The position numbers and the translations under genes are program-made. Below, in pieces: positions 45,990 to 56,447 of a stretch of DNA of 58,805 nt. Every line of letters starts with the position of its first letter. Position 1 is the stretch's first letter. The notes beneath the pieces are model-generated. The model was not told the origin of the DNA. It saw only the letters and a list, made by a program, of their open reading frames with translations, and searched no databases. The stretch is taken from NCBI GenBank assembly GCA_002408445.1, contig DHSK01000062.1, forward strand, positions 15,689 to 74,493. The letters run 5' to 3'. Source of the stretch: Syntrophomonas sp. UBA5288 (GTDB lineage Bacteria; Bacillota; Syntrophomonadia; Syntrophomonadales; Syntrophomonadaceae).

Positions 45990-48296
45990 ATGAGTCAGGA
46001 TAATAATCTGGATTTAAACAGATTGCAGAATACTGACCTGAAGCCCGCAGTGCAGGTTTGGCTGGAGAGTCCTGGAGGTGAACAGCAATATTTCTTTGAT
46101 AATTCCATCACCTGCACGGCGATAATTCAGGAGAAAATAGTGGTTTATTGTTATCCCGAATTAATAACCAATTTAAGCGGGATGGCAAAAAACTATATAA
46201 ATAAAAATTACGAAGAGTTTGTTTATCCGGAAGACATTAAAAAAGTAGATCAATTCTTATATTTCATATATCAAAACAATAGTCCGAAAGATTTACTGCG
46301 TTTCCGGATCTGCGACTGGGAGGGTAACCCTGCATGGGTAGAAATAACCGGACAGCCGATTATCTACCATGGAAAGCCCTCTGCCCTGATAGTGGCAACC
46401 TCAATTACGAACAATATGCGGAAAATTCAGTTTCTGAAAGATTTGACCGAAATATATAGAAACTTTGCCGAACAATCGCCTGATGGCATTGTGGTGCGCC
46501 AGGGAAACCGAATCCTGTATGCTAACTCCAGAGCTGCCGAGCGAAGCGGATTTTCACGGGAAGAGATCAGACAAGTAGATGCATTTGCAGGAGTCGCGGA
46601 GGATGATGTGAATACTGCCCGGGAAATTGCGGCCAAATGGGATACAGGTCAGGCTACACCCTCCTTGGTGGAATTAAGGATGGTGGATGCTGACGGGGAA
46701 GTATTTACCTGCGAGGTGGCTTCTTCCTTTATTAACTATCATGGAGAACCTGCTGTACAGCATACCTTAAGGGATATTAGCTACCGCAAAAAAATACAAA
46801 AGGAATTGCAGTTGCAGGCCAACCTGTTGTCTAATGTCAATGATTGTATAGTTGTTACCGATTCGGATTATCAGATTATCTTCTGGAATCAGGGGGCCGA
46901 AAGGTTATTGGGCCGGAAAGAGGATGAGGTAATAGGACAGAAGCTGGGAACTGTTCTAAATGAAGACTCTTTCGTTGACCAGATTAAGAATGATTTACTT
47001 ATGAACGGGCATTGGGAGGGACAGCGAGAAATAAAGATGACGCCGGAAGGATGCAAAACACTGCAGCTATCGGTAACCACAATCAATGATGATTGTGATA
47101 ATACCAGTTTAGTGCTCATAGCCCGGGATATAACGGAATTGCTGGAATCCCAGCGCAGAGAACGTGAGGCCAATCAGGCCAAGAGCGAATTTTTGGCTCG
47201 CTTGAGCCACGAAATGCGTACCCCTTTGGTCGGAATAGTTGGTTATTGTGAATTATTAAGATCGGTAAGTGAAGGCCCTCCTAATCAGGAAGGTCTGGCT
47301 ACCATGGAATACTGTGCCAGACAGTTATTGGATCTGGCCAATAATATGCTGGATTTATCCAAAATTGAAGCACGCCAGGTGGAAATAAAACTGGAATCAG
47401 TCGATCTGTATAATTTAATCAATTATACCGTGAATTCTTTCTATCCCAATATTAGTGCCAATGTCGAGCTTTCCGTTCATATTTCTTCTTCTGTACCGAG
47501 AAATGTGATCGGTGACAATGCTAAAATCAAGCAAATTATTGCCAATCTACTGAGCAATGCTTTCAAATTCACCCGCCGGGGTTACGTAAAGGTCAAGGTG
47601 GACCTGGCTAATAGTTTTAAAGTGTCGGAGGGGATGTACCCGATAAGAATAGCGATTATCGATACTGGAATCGGAATTAAAGAGACGGATAGAATCAAAA
47701 TATTTGAACCATTTGTGCATGATGTGATTGCTGCGGATGGTGAAGATGGTACAGGTCTGGGGCTAGCCATTTGCAGGCAACTGGTCGAATTGATGGGGGG
47801 AAGTATATGGTGCAAAGCCAACCCTGAGGGGGGTTCGGAATTTGGCTTTGTTTTACCTCTTAAAGCGTCGGCGGCGCCACCGGCGCCGGTTGAATCCGGT
47901 CAAGCTATTACTAATATGCCTGTTCCGGACGGTTTGGAAGTTTTGCTGGCAGAAGATATTAGTGTCAACCGCAAGCTGATCACTCTTATGCTGGAAAAGC
48001 TCGGGTGTGAAGTAGTGGCAGTAAGTAATGGTGAACAATGTGTTAATATGCTGGACGAATATAAACCTGATATTATTCTGATGGATATGCAAATGCCGGT
48101 GATGGACGGATACAGTGCTACCCGAATTATAAAAGGAAGATCATCCCTGGCAGCTATCCCGGTAATTGCACTGACGGCCTACGCCATGACCGAGGATGTT
48201 GATAAATGCCAGGAAGCAGGCTGCGACTATTACCTGAGTAAGCCGTTTACCAATGAACAACTGGCCAGCGCTTTAAAGCAATGCTCGAATGTTTGA
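45990..48296 (+). CDS. Hybrid sensor histidine kinase (PAS repeats, HisKA, HATPase, C-terminal receiver)
   Basis: H-box SHEMRTPL, NLLSNAFKFT, GTGLGLAICRQLVELMGG, and the receiver segment ILMDMQMPVMDG...LSKPF. Confidence 0.9.
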   Translation: MSQDNNLDLNRLQNTDLKPAVQVWLESPGGEQQYFFDNSITCTAIIQEKIVVYCYPELITNLSGMAKNYINKNYEEFVYPEDIKKVDQFLYFIYQNNSPKDLLRFRICDWEGNPAWVEITGQPIIYHGKPSALIVATSITNNMRKIQFLKDLTEIYRNFAEQSPDGIVVRQGNRILYANSRAAERSGFSREEIRQVDAFAGVAEDDVNTAREIAAKWDTGQATPSLVELRMVDADGEVFTCEVASSFINYHGEPAVQHTLRDISYRKKIQKELQLQANLLSNVNDCIVVTDSDYQIIFWNQGAERLLGRKEDEVIGQKLGTVLNEDSFVDQIKNDLLMNGHWEGQREIKMTPEGCKTLQLSVTTINDDCDNTSLVLIARDITELLESQRREREANQAKSEFLARLSHEMRTPLVGIVGYCELLRSVSEGPPNQEGLATMEYCARQLLDLANNMLDLSKIEARQVEIKLESVDLYNLINYTVNSFYPNISANVELSVHISSSVPRNVIGDNAKIKQIIANLLSNAFKFTRRGYVKVKVDLANSFKVSEGMYPIRIAIIDTGIGIKETDRIKIFEPFVHDVIAADGEDGTGLGLAICRQLVELMGGSIWCKANPEGGSEFGFVLPLKASAAPPAPVESGQAITNMPVPDGLEVLLAEDISVNRKLITLMLEKLGCEVVAVSNGEQCVNMLDEYKPDIILMDMQMPVMDGYSATRIIKGRSSLAAIPVIALTAYAMTEDVDKCQEAGCDYYLSKPFTNEQLASALKQCSNV

Positions 48297-48364
48297 CAAA
48301 CAGAGCAGGATTGCATATTCTTAAGATGAACATATGTTCATAAATTTTGAGAGTAGGATGCAAC

Positions 48365-48733
48365 ATGCCCAGAAAACCGCGCTGCCGAAAAGTAGAATCA
48401 GAACCGGAAGTAAGATATTTTAAACCACAGGGAATACCTGTGGCCGATCTGGAAGAAGTTGTATTGAAAGTTGAAGAGTTGGAAGCGGTCAGGTTAAAAG
48501 ACCTGATGAACCTGGAACAGGAGGATTGCGCCCGGATGATGCGCGTATCCCGACCAACTTTTCAGCGTATCCTTGCCTCAGCCCATGCCGGTATTGCCGA
48601 TGCCTTGATAAATGGCAAGGCCCTGCGTATAGAGGGGGGCAATTACTGCCTGGGTGCAGGTTTCTGCCGTAAACAGGGCCGTCGCCTGAAACAAAACGAA
48701 ACCTGCGAGGTAATGTCTGAGAAAACAGAATAA
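48365..48733 (+). CDS. DUF134/UPF0251-family putative DNA-binding protein
   Basis: N-terminal MPRKPRCRKV....YFKPQGIP and an HTH-like MMRVSRPTFQRIL. Confidence 0.7.
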   Translation: MPRKPRCRKVESEPEVRYFKPQGIPVADLEEVVLKVEELEAVRLKDLMNLEQEDCARMMRVSRPTFQRILASAHAGIADALINGKALRIEGGNYCLGAGFCRKQGRRLKQNETCEVMSEKTE

Positions 48734-48743
48734 TAAAACAGAG

Positions 48744-48779
48744 GCCAGGCATGGGGACGGTTCTTATGCCTGGCTTTTG
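48744..48779 (+). terminator. Intrinsic terminator
   Basis: GCCAGGCAT-13-nt loop-ATGCCTGGC, followed by TTTTGC. Confidence 0.7.
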
Positions 48780-48993
48780 CCTACGGAGACCGGCGGTAAG
48801 GCATAGCCTACCGGTGAGTTTTACCATGGGGACATTTCCGGTTAGGGGTGTGGCCCCTTACCTTTGGCCTATTTTTATTTATTTTTATTATCTAACAGGA
48901 AAATACCATCATTTAATGGAATATATAAGCACTATGACAAAATTGGAAGATCTAATGGTTAAGGCATAATTATCGTATAGAGGAGGGTATAAT

Positions 48994-49473
48994 ATGGCTG
49001 ATGAGATTCAACTGGTGGTATTTAGGCTTAAAGGTGCCAACACCGTATGCGAATATGGTGTACCCATCACCAAGGTGCAGGAGATAATCCCCATGACTGC
49101 GCCGACCAGACTTCCGCAGGCCCCGGCTTTTGTAGAGGGAATTATAAACCTGCGCGGGAAAATAATACCAATAATCGATTTGAAGAAAAGATTTGAAATG
49201 GGTTCGTCGGAGGTTACTAATGAAACCCGAAGTGTGGTAGTAGAAGTCGAAGGTCATACAGTGGGTATTATAGTTGATGAAGTGAGTGAAGTTTTGCGCT
49301 TGTCGTTGGACAGCATTGAACCTGCCCCTACCATTATCGGTGGTATTACGGCTGAATACCTGACCGGGGTAGGTAAAGTCGATGATCGGCTCTTGATTTT
49401 ACTTGATATGGATAAGATACTGAACGAAGGAGAAAAAGCTGAACTGGTAGCGGCGGCACAGGAGGAAATTTAA
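48994..49473 (+). CDS. cheW: Chemotaxis coupling protein CheW
   Basis: LVVFRL....YGVPI..VQEI...........P....G.INLRG..IPIIDL pattern. Confidence 0.9.
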   Translation: MADEIQLVVFRLKGANTVCEYGVPITKVQEIIPMTAPTRLPQAPAFVEGIINLRGKIIPIIDLKKRFEMGSSEVTNETRSVVVEVEGHTVGIIVDEVSEVLRLSLDSIEPAPTIIGGITAEYLTGVGKVDDRLLILLDMDKILNEGEKAELVAAAQEEI

Positions 49474-49542
49474 GAACGGGAATCGGCCCTGGAATCTGGT
49501 CAGGTTTCAGGGCTTTTCTTGTTTATGAGGAAGGCGATTTTA

Positions 49543-49917
49543 TTGATAGGTATCGATATGGTTGATATTGAAAGATTAAAATTGGTTGTTACCCGGACTC
49601 CGCGCTTTTTGGAGCGGGTCTTTACTGCGAACGAATTGCAGTATTGTTACGGCAAATCCAATCCTTATCCCTCCCTGGCCGCCCGTTTTGCCGCCAAAGA
49701 AGCCTTCCGCAAATTGCATACCGATTTTATAAAAGGGGTACGTTTTCACGATGTTGAAGTTATAAATCAGGCGATGGGAAAACCTGAATTGCTGGTCCAT
49801 GGACAGGCGTTAAAACAATGCCGGGCCCATCAGATTAAGGAGTTGAGTATGAGCATTTCTCATACTCATCATCAGGCGATAGCGGTAGTCATCGCCACGG
49901 AAAGGATGGTTCCATGA
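49543..49917 (+). CDS. acpS: Holo-[acyl-carrier-protein] synthase
   Basis: IGIDMVDIERL N-terminus and SISHT motif. The start is placed at the TTG, 8 nt after GAGGAAGG. The ORF track starts at 49519, and ATG 49525 is an alternative. Confidence 0.85.
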   Translation: MIGIDMVDIERLKLVVTRTPRFLERVFTANELQYCYGKSNPYPSLAARFAAKEAFRKLHTDFIKGVRFHDVEVINQAMGKPELLVHGQALKQCRAHQIKELSMSISHTHHQAIAVVIATERMVP

Positions 49918-51464
49918 AACTGCTTAAAGCTGAAGAAATGAAGAGGATTGACAAAAAGGCCAGTACCGATTATGAGATACCGAGTCTCATCTTGATGGAG
50001 AATGCCGGCCTGCGCACAGTGGAAGTAATCGATGAGATGCTGGCCCCAACCGCCGGTAAAACGGTGGTGATAATAGCAGGAAAAGGTAACAACGGCGGTG
50101 ACGGCCTGGTGGTAGCCCGGCATCTCATAAATGCGGGAGCGACGGTAGATGTTTTTATGCTGGGAGAAGCAGACCGGATGACCCCCGATGCCGGCACCAA
50201 TTATCGGATTCTGGCCAAAATGACGGACCGGATTTATCCCCTATTTACGGAAGAACACTTGGACCGGCTGATGCTGTCATTGCTGGTCTGCGATATTATT
50301 GTGGATGCCATGTATGGTATTGGTTTTAAAGGGGTCCTGGGTGATTTCGATGCCCGGGTGGTGAAAATGATGAACTGGTGCAAAGCTCCGGTAGTGGCGG
50401 TAGATATCCCTTCCGGAGTGGAAGCCGATACCGGTAAAGTACACGGCGAGGCAGTTAAAGCCAGGCAGACGGTAACCTTTGCCCTGCCCAAAATAGGAAT
50501 GGTGGTGGAACCGGGTAAAGATTATGCCGGCACTTTGACCGTTGCCGATATATCCATTCCCCGGTCTTTACTGGAAAGCCCGGAACTTACGACCAATTTA
50601 ATTACTGAGGCCATGATTAAGCCTTATCTATATACCCGGGCTCCGGAAACGCACAAAGGTACTTATGGGCATGCTCTCATTATAGGCGGCTCACTGGGGA
50701 TGACCGGGGCAGTCAGAATGTCTTCCTTTGCCGCACTGCGCATTGGTGCGGGGCTGGTTACCGCTGCCGTACCGCTTTCGGCTTTGCCCATTGCTGCGGC
50801 CGATATGGAAGTAATGACTACTCCTTTAGCCGAAACAGAGAACTCTGCCATTGCCCTGGAGGCTTTACCGGTTATTGAGAATTTGCTGACTGCCGCCTCA
50901 GTTTGTACCATAGGACCGGGCATGTCCAGATATCCTGAAGCCGGCGCGGTGCTCCGTTTTGTGCTGGAGAAAGCAGGCAGTCCGGTAGTTATTGATGCCG
51001 ACGGCCTTAATGCACTGGGAGGGGAGGCCCATATTTTAAAAAATCGCCAGGTGCCGATAGTATTAACCCCTCATCCCGGCGAAATGGCCCGTTTGATCAA
51101 TCGGACCATAGAAGAGATTCAAGCCGATCGCATGCAAATAGCCCGTCAATTTGCGGTAGAATATGGTGTGTGTCTGGTGTTGAAGGGCAACAAGACGATT
51201 GTGGCCACACCCTCAGGCGAGGTCTTTGTAAATATTACGGGTAATCCTGGTATGGCCACAGCCGGCAGCGGAGATGTTTTAAGCGGTATGATTGCCGGAC
51301 TTATCGCTCAAGGCCTAAAGACCCGGGATGCAGCCATAACTGCCGTTTATTTGCATGGATTGGCGGGAGATTATGCCGCCGGGGAAAAAGGACAAAGAGG
51401 TATTGTAGCAGGTGATATACTAAATACTATCCCGTATATTTTAAAACAATTGGAGAATAATTAA
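49914..51464 (+). CDS. nnr: Bifunctional NAD(P)H-hydrate repair enzyme (epimerase plus ADP-dependent dehydratase, YjeF)
   Basis: N-terminal GKGNNGGDG, and C-terminal HKGTYGH....GGS..MTGA and GSGDVLSG motifs. Confidence 0.9.
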   Translation: MKLLKAEEMKRIDKKASTDYEIPSLILMENAGLRTVEVIDEMLAPTAGKTVVIIAGKGNNGGDGLVVARHLINAGATVDVFMLGEADRMTPDAGTNYRILAKMTDRIYPLFTEEHLDRLMLSLLVCDIIVDAMYGIGFKGVLGDFDARVVKMMNWCKAPVVAVDIPSGVEADTGKVHGEAVKARQTVTFALPKIGMVVEPGKDYAGTLTVADISIPRSLLESPELTTNLITEAMIKPYLYTRAPETHKGTYGHALIIGGSLGMTGAVRMSSFAALRIGAGLVTAAVPLSALPIAAADMEVMTTPLAETENSAIALEALPVIENLLTAASVCTIGPGMSRYPEAGAVLRFVLEKAGSPVVIDADGLNALGGEAHILKNRQVPIVLTPHPGEMARLINRTIEEIQADRMQIARQFAVEYGVCLVLKGNKTIVATPSGEVFVNITGNPGMATAGSGDVLSGMIAGLIAQGLKTRDAAITAVYLHGLAGDYAAGEKGQRGIVAGDILNTIPYILKQLENN

Positions 51465-51505
51465 CTGCAGACTGAACAGTACAAATTTGAACAGGAAGAG
51501 AGGTT

Positions 51506-51967
51506 ATGGAAATGCTGGCCAAAGATATTATGACCCGAGAGGTTATTACGGTTGGTCCGGAAGAAAAGGTAGAAAAAGTCGCCCAAATACTGGTGGAGCA
51601 CAAAATCAGCGGTATACCCGTGGTTGATGCCGATAAGCATGTTTTAGGCATAGTCACGGAAAAGGATTTGATGATAAAAGCCAGCGAACTGAAGGTGCCA
51701 TTCTATATTACTTTATTTGACAGTATTATTTTTCTGGATAACCCCATACGTTTTAATAATAACGTCAAGAAATATACTGCTTCCGAAGTCAGGGATGCCA
51801 TGACCAAAAGGGTGGTAGTAGCGGATGAAAATACTCCGGTCCCGGAAGTAGTTGAGTTAATGCAAAAAAAACGGATAAACCGTATTCCGATAGTGCGGCA
51901 TGACAAACTGGTAGGGATTATTACTCGTAACGACGTATTGAAATCGCTGGTGCAAGAGAATGGATAA
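51506..51967 (+). CDS. CBS-domain pair protein
   Basis: Two CBS repeats (IMTREVITV...ISGIPVVD and AMTKRVVVA...INRIPIV). Confidence 0.8.
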   Translation: MEMLAKDIMTREVITVGPEEKVEKVAQILVEHKISGIPVVDADKHVLGIVTEKDLMIKASELKVPFYITLFDSIIFLDNPIRFNNNVKKYTASEVRDAMTKRVVVADENTPVPEVVELMQKKRINRIPIVRHDKLVGIITRNDVLKSLVQENG

Positions 51968-53078
51968 TACAGCTAGAACTTGGGCAGAAATAGATTTAGC
52001 AGCCATAAAACATAACCTAACCAGCATCAAAGCATTGATCGGATCGCATACCAAGTTGATGGCAGTAGTAAAAGCCAATGCCTATGGGCATGGCATGGAA
52101 GAAGTGGCGCGGGCCGCACTGGAGGCCGGAACAGAGTTTTTCGGGGTAGCGTCGCTGGAAGAAGCAATGGCATTGCGCCATTGCGGTATAAATACTCCGG
52201 TACTGGTGTTGGGATATATACCCACCCGGTATGCTTCCCTGGTAATAGATAATAATATTAGTGCCGCCGTTTATGATCTAGAAACAGCCTTGGCATACTC
52301 TAAGGCAGCAGGTCCGAAAAAGGCCAAATTGCATATCAAACTTGACACCGGCATGGGCCGTATTGGGTTTATACCAGGAGAAGAAGCTGTTAGTGACATT
52401 GTAACCATCAGCCGTTTGCCGGGCATTGAACTGGAGGGCATTTTTACCCATTTTGCCGTAGCGGACAGGAAAGATAAGAGCTATACGCACCGGCAATTGG
52501 GTTTGTTCCAGGAGATGCTGGAGGAACTGGAAAATCGCGGGGTAAAGCCGGAACTAAAACACGTCGCCAACAGCGCGGCTATCATGGATATGCCGGAAAC
52601 CAGATTCGATATGGTTCGCAGTGGTATTATAACTTACGGTCTTTATCCTTCCAATGAGGTTAAACGCCAGAATCTTGATCTTATACCGGCTATGCGCATG
52701 AAAAGCCGGGTTACTATGGTTAAGACTCTGAAAAAGGGCGAAGCGGTCAGCTATGGCTGTACCTTTGTCAGTTCTTCCGATATGAAAATTGCCACGGTGG
52801 CAGCAGGCTATGCGGACGGCTACAGCCGTTCATTATCTAACCGGGCCTGGGCTGCTATCAAAGGACAGCGGGTACCATTAATCGGAACCGTCTGTATGGA
52901 TCAATGTATGTTTGACGTCAGCGAGGTCGACAATGTTAAAACAGGTGATGAGATAATTCTTTTCGGACGGCCTCAAGATGGTATTACAGTTGATGATTTA
53001 GCCGGTATCGCCCAAACTATTAATTATGAATTGGTCTGTTTAATAACCCCACGAGTACCGAGAATCTACACCTCGTAA
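51960..53078 (+). CDS. alr: Alanine racemase
   Basis: PLP-Lys motif AVVKANAYGHG and the C-terminal INYELVC. Confidence 0.92.
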   Translation: MDNTARTWAEIDLAAIKHNLTSIKALIGSHTKLMAVVKANAYGHGMEEVARAALEAGTEFFGVASLEEAMALRHCGINTPVLVLGYIPTRYASLVIDNNISAAVYDLETALAYSKAAGPKKAKLHIKLDTGMGRIGFIPGEEAVSDIVTISRLPGIELEGIFTHFAVADRKDKSYTHRQLGLFQEMLEELENRGVKPELKHVANSAAIMDMPETRFDMVRSGIITYGLYPSNEVKRQNLDLIPAMRMKSRVTMVKTLKKGEAVSYGCTFVSSSDMKIATVAAGYADGYSRSLSNRAWAAIKGQRVPLIGTVCMDQCMFDVSEVDNVKTGDEIILFGRPQDGITVDDLAGIAQTINYELVCLITPRVPRIYTS

Positions 53079-53169
53079 GGTCTTTTGTAATTATTGGATT
53101 TGCGAGTGCAACTGCAAGTTATTATAATTAGTTATGGAGTCTTATCTGTTGTTGCGGAGGTGCTCGTTT

Positions 53170-53439
53170 TTGCCAAATTCGAAACGAATTATAATTACTG
53201 TCCCTGAGAATTTACTTTCTGAGATGGATACCTTAACTACAGTGGAAAGTAAAAACCGCAGTGAAATAGTCAGAGAGGCTATCAGATTTTATCTTAGGGA
53301 GCGAAAAAAGAATTTGACCAGAGAACAAATGAAAAAAGGCTATTTGGAAATGGCTGAATTGAATTTAAATCTTGCCAGTGAACATTATGGGATAGAAGAA
53401 GAAGCCATCATTAACGGTATAGATAAATTGTTGGAGTGA
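53170..53439 (+). CDS. Ribbon-helix-helix antitoxin (EndoAI/MazE-type)
   Basis: KRIIITVPENLLSEMD...RSEIVREAIRFYL RHH motif. It lies immediately upstream of mazF. The start is placed at the TTG after GGAGG; the ORF track starts at 53134. Confidence 0.7.
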   Translation: MPNSKRIIITVPENLLSEMDTLTTVESKNRSEIVREAIRFYLRERKKNLTREQMKKGYLEMAELNLNLASEHYGIEEEAIINGIDKLLE

Positions 53440-53447
53440 TAAGATAG

Positions 53448-53798
53448 ATGATAAAAAGGGGCGAAATCTATTTTGCACAGCTTAATCCGGTGGTAGGGTC
53501 TGAACAGGGCGGAATTAGACCGGTACTTGTAGTGCAAAATGATATCGGCAATCAGTACAGTCCCACCACGATAGTACTGGCCATAACCTCTCAGATTAAT
53601 AAAGCCAAACTCCCTACCCATGTTGAACTTAAGGCAAAGACCTACGGTATGGAACGCGACTCGGTAGTACTGGCGGAACAGATCCGGACTATTGACAAGG
53701 CCAGATTAAAACAGAGACTGGCGGCCCTCGATGAAGAGACCATGCAGAAGGTGGATAAGGCCATAACGGTAAGCCTGGGATTATATGACATACCCTGA
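53448..53798 (+). CDS. mazF: MazF/PemK-family endoribonuclease toxin (EndoA-like)
   Basis: [34 protein letters not shown] closely resembles B. subtilis EndoA. 116 aa. Confidence 0.9.
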   Translation: MIKRGEIYFAQLNPVVGSEQGGIRPVLVVQNDIGNQYSPTTIVLAITSQINKAKLPTHVELKAKTYGMERDSVVLAEQIRTIDKARLKQRLAALDEETMQKVDKAITVSLGLYDIP

Positions 53799-53915
53799 AA
53801 ATACATAATAACTAAACATTACATCACAAATACACCTGGGATTGGATATAATATTCCGATCCTTTTTTATTTGGGGACAATCATAATTTATAATTCAAGC
53901 CGTAACTATGCAAAT

Positions 53916-53971
53916 GTCATCCTGAGGAAAACCGAAGGATCTTAAGATTCTTCGCTAAGGCTCAGAATGAC
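53916..53971. repeat. Palindromic intergenic repeat, short form (copy 4)
   Basis: GTCATCCTGAGGAAAACCGAAGGATCTT / AAGATTCTTCGCTAAGGCTCAGAATGAC. Confidence 0.7.
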
Positions 53972-54089
53972 AAATGGGGTCTGGGGAATTATGCAAACTC
54001 TCAAATATGCGCTTTTTAATGGAGGCATAGTCGTTCAGACCCGGACCGGGCAAACGGGGACTTAAACCATTAGGAGGGGGTTGAGTTTT

Positions 54090-54779
54090 TTGAAAGTGTT
54101 GATTGGTATCACCGGCAGCCGTGACGATGACACGGGTTCAGTCTTCCTTAAAGATTATTATCTCAACGCGATCGGTGCAGCCGGGGGAATGCCTGTAATA
54201 TTGCCTCCCACGCGTGATGATGAACTTATTGAAAGCTATTTAACCCTTTGCGGGGGGGTACTTTTGTCGGGCGGTGGGGATATAGACCCGGCCTGGTGGG
54301 GGGGGGAACCACTTAAGGGATTGGGCAGGGTCAGCCTTTTACGTGATTATTTCGAGATCCGGCTTACCCGGCTGGCTTTAAGGCAAAATATCCCGGTACT
54401 GGGGATTTGCCGCGGCTGCCAGGTTATGAATGTAGCGGTAGGGGGGAGCCTTATCCAGGATCTGCCGGGTGGGTTTGAACATAATCAAAATGCCCCCCGG
54501 GACGTACCTATTCATGGTATATTAATTGATAACGGTTCCAGATTAGCGTCTATTATCGGAAAAGATAGAATAAGAGTAAATAGTTTTCACCACCAGGCGG
54601 TAAAACAGCTGGCTGATGGCTTGAAAATTACGGCCTGTGCTTCCGACGGTACGGTGGAGGCTCTGGAAGATCCCGGACAGGCTTTTTTTATCGGTGTACA
54701 GTGGCATCCCGAATGTTTAAATGATGAAGCCTCCGGTCAGTTGTTCAAATCCTTTGTCAGTGCGGCTAAGGGCATTTAA
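54090..54779 (+). CDS. Class-I glutamine amidotransferase / gamma-glutamyl hydrolase (peptidase C26, PuuD-like)
   Basis: Nucleophile motif GICRGCQ, plus FHHQ and QWHPE motifs. The start is ambiguous: TTG 54081 (ORF track), TTG 54090 or GTG 54096. Confidence 0.8.
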   Translation: MKVLIGITGSRDDDTGSVFLKDYYLNAIGAAGGMPVILPPTRDDELIESYLTLCGGVLLSGGGDIDPAWWGGEPLKGLGRVSLLRDYFEIRLTRLALRQNIPVLGICRGCQVMNVAVGGSLIQDLPGGFEHNQNAPRDVPIHGILIDNGSRLASIIGKDRIRVNSFHHQAVKQLADGLKITACASDGTVEALEDPGQAFFIGVQWHPECLNDEASGQLFKSFVSAAKGI

Positions 54780-54780
54780 T

Positions 54781-54905
54781 ACGAAAATACTGTTCTTGTC
54801 ATTCTGAACGCAGTGAAGAATCTTGCCGATATTAATGATTAACAAGGGAAGGATCCTTCGTTAACACTCAGGATGACGCATTTTCATAGGCGGTTGTGGC
54901 ATGCG
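54781..54905 (+). repeat. Long-form palindromic MITE-like repeat, copy 5
   Basis: It begins 1-2 nt after the stop codon of the amidotransferase gene. It is nearly identical to the reverse complement of 38401-38526 and to 41726-41831. Confidence 0.85.
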
Positions 54906-55035
54906 GCTATGGACGGTTAATTGGGTCTAAAGAGACAGCTGCGTCTCTCTGGGATATTATTTAATTGGGAAGCCGCTAACCGACCCCAAATAAAGCGACA
55001 TAACATATAGTGTATCAGGAGAGGAGATTTCGAAA

Positions 55036-56181
55036 GTGCTGGCGATAAAAGGCGGAAAAGTATTTACTATGGGCAGTCAAGGTATAATAGACCATGCTGT
55101 CATCCTGGTCGATAAAAAAATAATCAAGGCGGTAGGAAGTGATATTGCCATACCGGCTGATGCAACAGTCATAGATGCAACCGGCAAGTATGTTACTCCC
55201 GGCTTTATAGATGCCCATACCCATATAGGCCTGGAGGAGGAGATCTATGGTACAGTAGGCGATGACGTCAACGAAGCCAGTGATCCTTTGACACCTCAAT
55301 TACAGGCGGTTGATGGTATAAATTTTGCCGACCTGGCTTTTACCGATGCTTTAAAAGGGGGAGTTACCAGATCAATGTGTATGCCCGGGAGTGCTAACGT
55401 AATCGGCGGGCAGGCAGTTTTCTTAAAACATCTGGCTCCCACTTTAAGTGAAATGATTTACCACAATCCCTGGGGACTTAAGGCGGCCCTGGGGGAAAAT
55501 CCGAAACGGGTCTATACCAGGCAGAAGAAAACACCCCAGACCCGCATGGCCAATGCCAGTTTGATGCGGGAAGCATTGTACCGGGCTTCCCGGCTGGTCG
55601 ATAAGGATGATGACCAGGATACCTTAAAACAGCTTCCACTGATCATGGTACTCAAAGGGCAAATGCCCCTATTAGTGCATGTTCACCGGGCTGATGATAT
55701 TCTTACCGCCCTGCGCATTAAGGATGAGTTCCATATTGATATGATAATTCAGCATGGGACCGAGGCCTTTCTGGTAGCAGATGAATTGGAGAAGAGAGAT
55801 GTTCCGGTATTTTTAGGTCCCTTGCTGGTAAATCGGGCTAAGGTGGAAATGAAAGAAGTTTCTTTTAAAAATGCCCTGCGGTTGGAGCAAAGTGGAGTCC
55901 GGTTCAGTATAATTACCGACCATCCGGTGGTACCAATTGAACATTTACGTGTATGTGCCGCGCTTACGGTACGGGAAGGATTAGATGAATACGCGGCTCT
56001 GCAGGCTCTGACCTGCAGGCCGGCTGAGATGCTCCGGGTTGATCATGAAATTGGCTCGCTAAAACCGGGTCAAAGGGCCGATATAGTAATTTTTGACGGC
56101 CACCCCCTGGAATTTCGCTCAAAAGTGGATTGGGTGTTAGTGGATGGAGAAGTGTGGGGGGATGACAGTGAAAAAAGGTGA
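55036..56181 (+). CDS. Metal-dependent amidohydrolase (imidazolonepropionase-like superfamily)
   Basis: PGFIDAHTHIG metal-binding motif. GTG start. Confidence 0.8.
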   Translation: MLAIKGGKVFTMGSQGIIDHAVILVDKKIIKAVGSDIAIPADATVIDATGKYVTPGFIDAHTHIGLEEEIYGTVGDDVNEASDPLTPQLQAVDGINFADLAFTDALKGGVTRSMCMPGSANVIGGQAVFLKHLAPTLSEMIYHNPWGLKAALGENPKRVYTRQKKTPQTRMANASLMREALYRASRLVDKDDDQDTLKQLPLIMVLKGQMPLLVHVHRADDILTALRIKDEFHIDMIIQHGTEAFLVADELEKRDVPVFLGPLLVNRAKVEMKEVSFKNALRLEQSGVRFSIITDHPVVPIEHLRVCAALTVREGLDEYAALQALTCRPAEMLRVDHEIGSLKPGQRADIVIFDGHPLEFRSKVDWVLVDGEVWGDDSEKR

Positions 56182-56182
56182 T

Positions 56183-56359
56183 ATGTTTACCGTATATTTG
56201 GACGGAAACATGATGACCATATGCGTTTTAGGCTTTTATAACGAGGAATACACCGGTGAGGAAATGGTCATCCTGGCCGTAGTGAGCCAGGACAATATGG
56301 TTCACGTTCCTCTGGATGACCTGAACGGTCTCTTCCGTCCTCAAAAATATATTAACTAA
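56183..56359 (+). CDS. Small hypothetical protein (58 aa). Start uncertain.
   Basis: The ORF track gives 56144-56359, overlapping the amidohydrolase 3' end. The ATG at 56183 follows AAAGGTG. No recognisable motif. Confidence 0.3.
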   Translation: MFTVYLDGNMMTICVLGFYNEEYTGEEMVILAVVSQDNMVHVPLDDLNGLFRPQKYIN

Positions 56360-56447
56360 GTCCCATTCCAGTATTTACATCAAGGAATTTCCGCCGCTTT
56401 AAACGAATTAGTTATAGGTTTAAAAAAATGGTAAGGAGTTCCTTGAT

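Noticed and set aside
48751-48969. A 72-aa ORF between the DUF134 gene and cheW
   Set aside because: It starts within the terminator hairpin of the upstream gene, has no SD, and is low-complexity.
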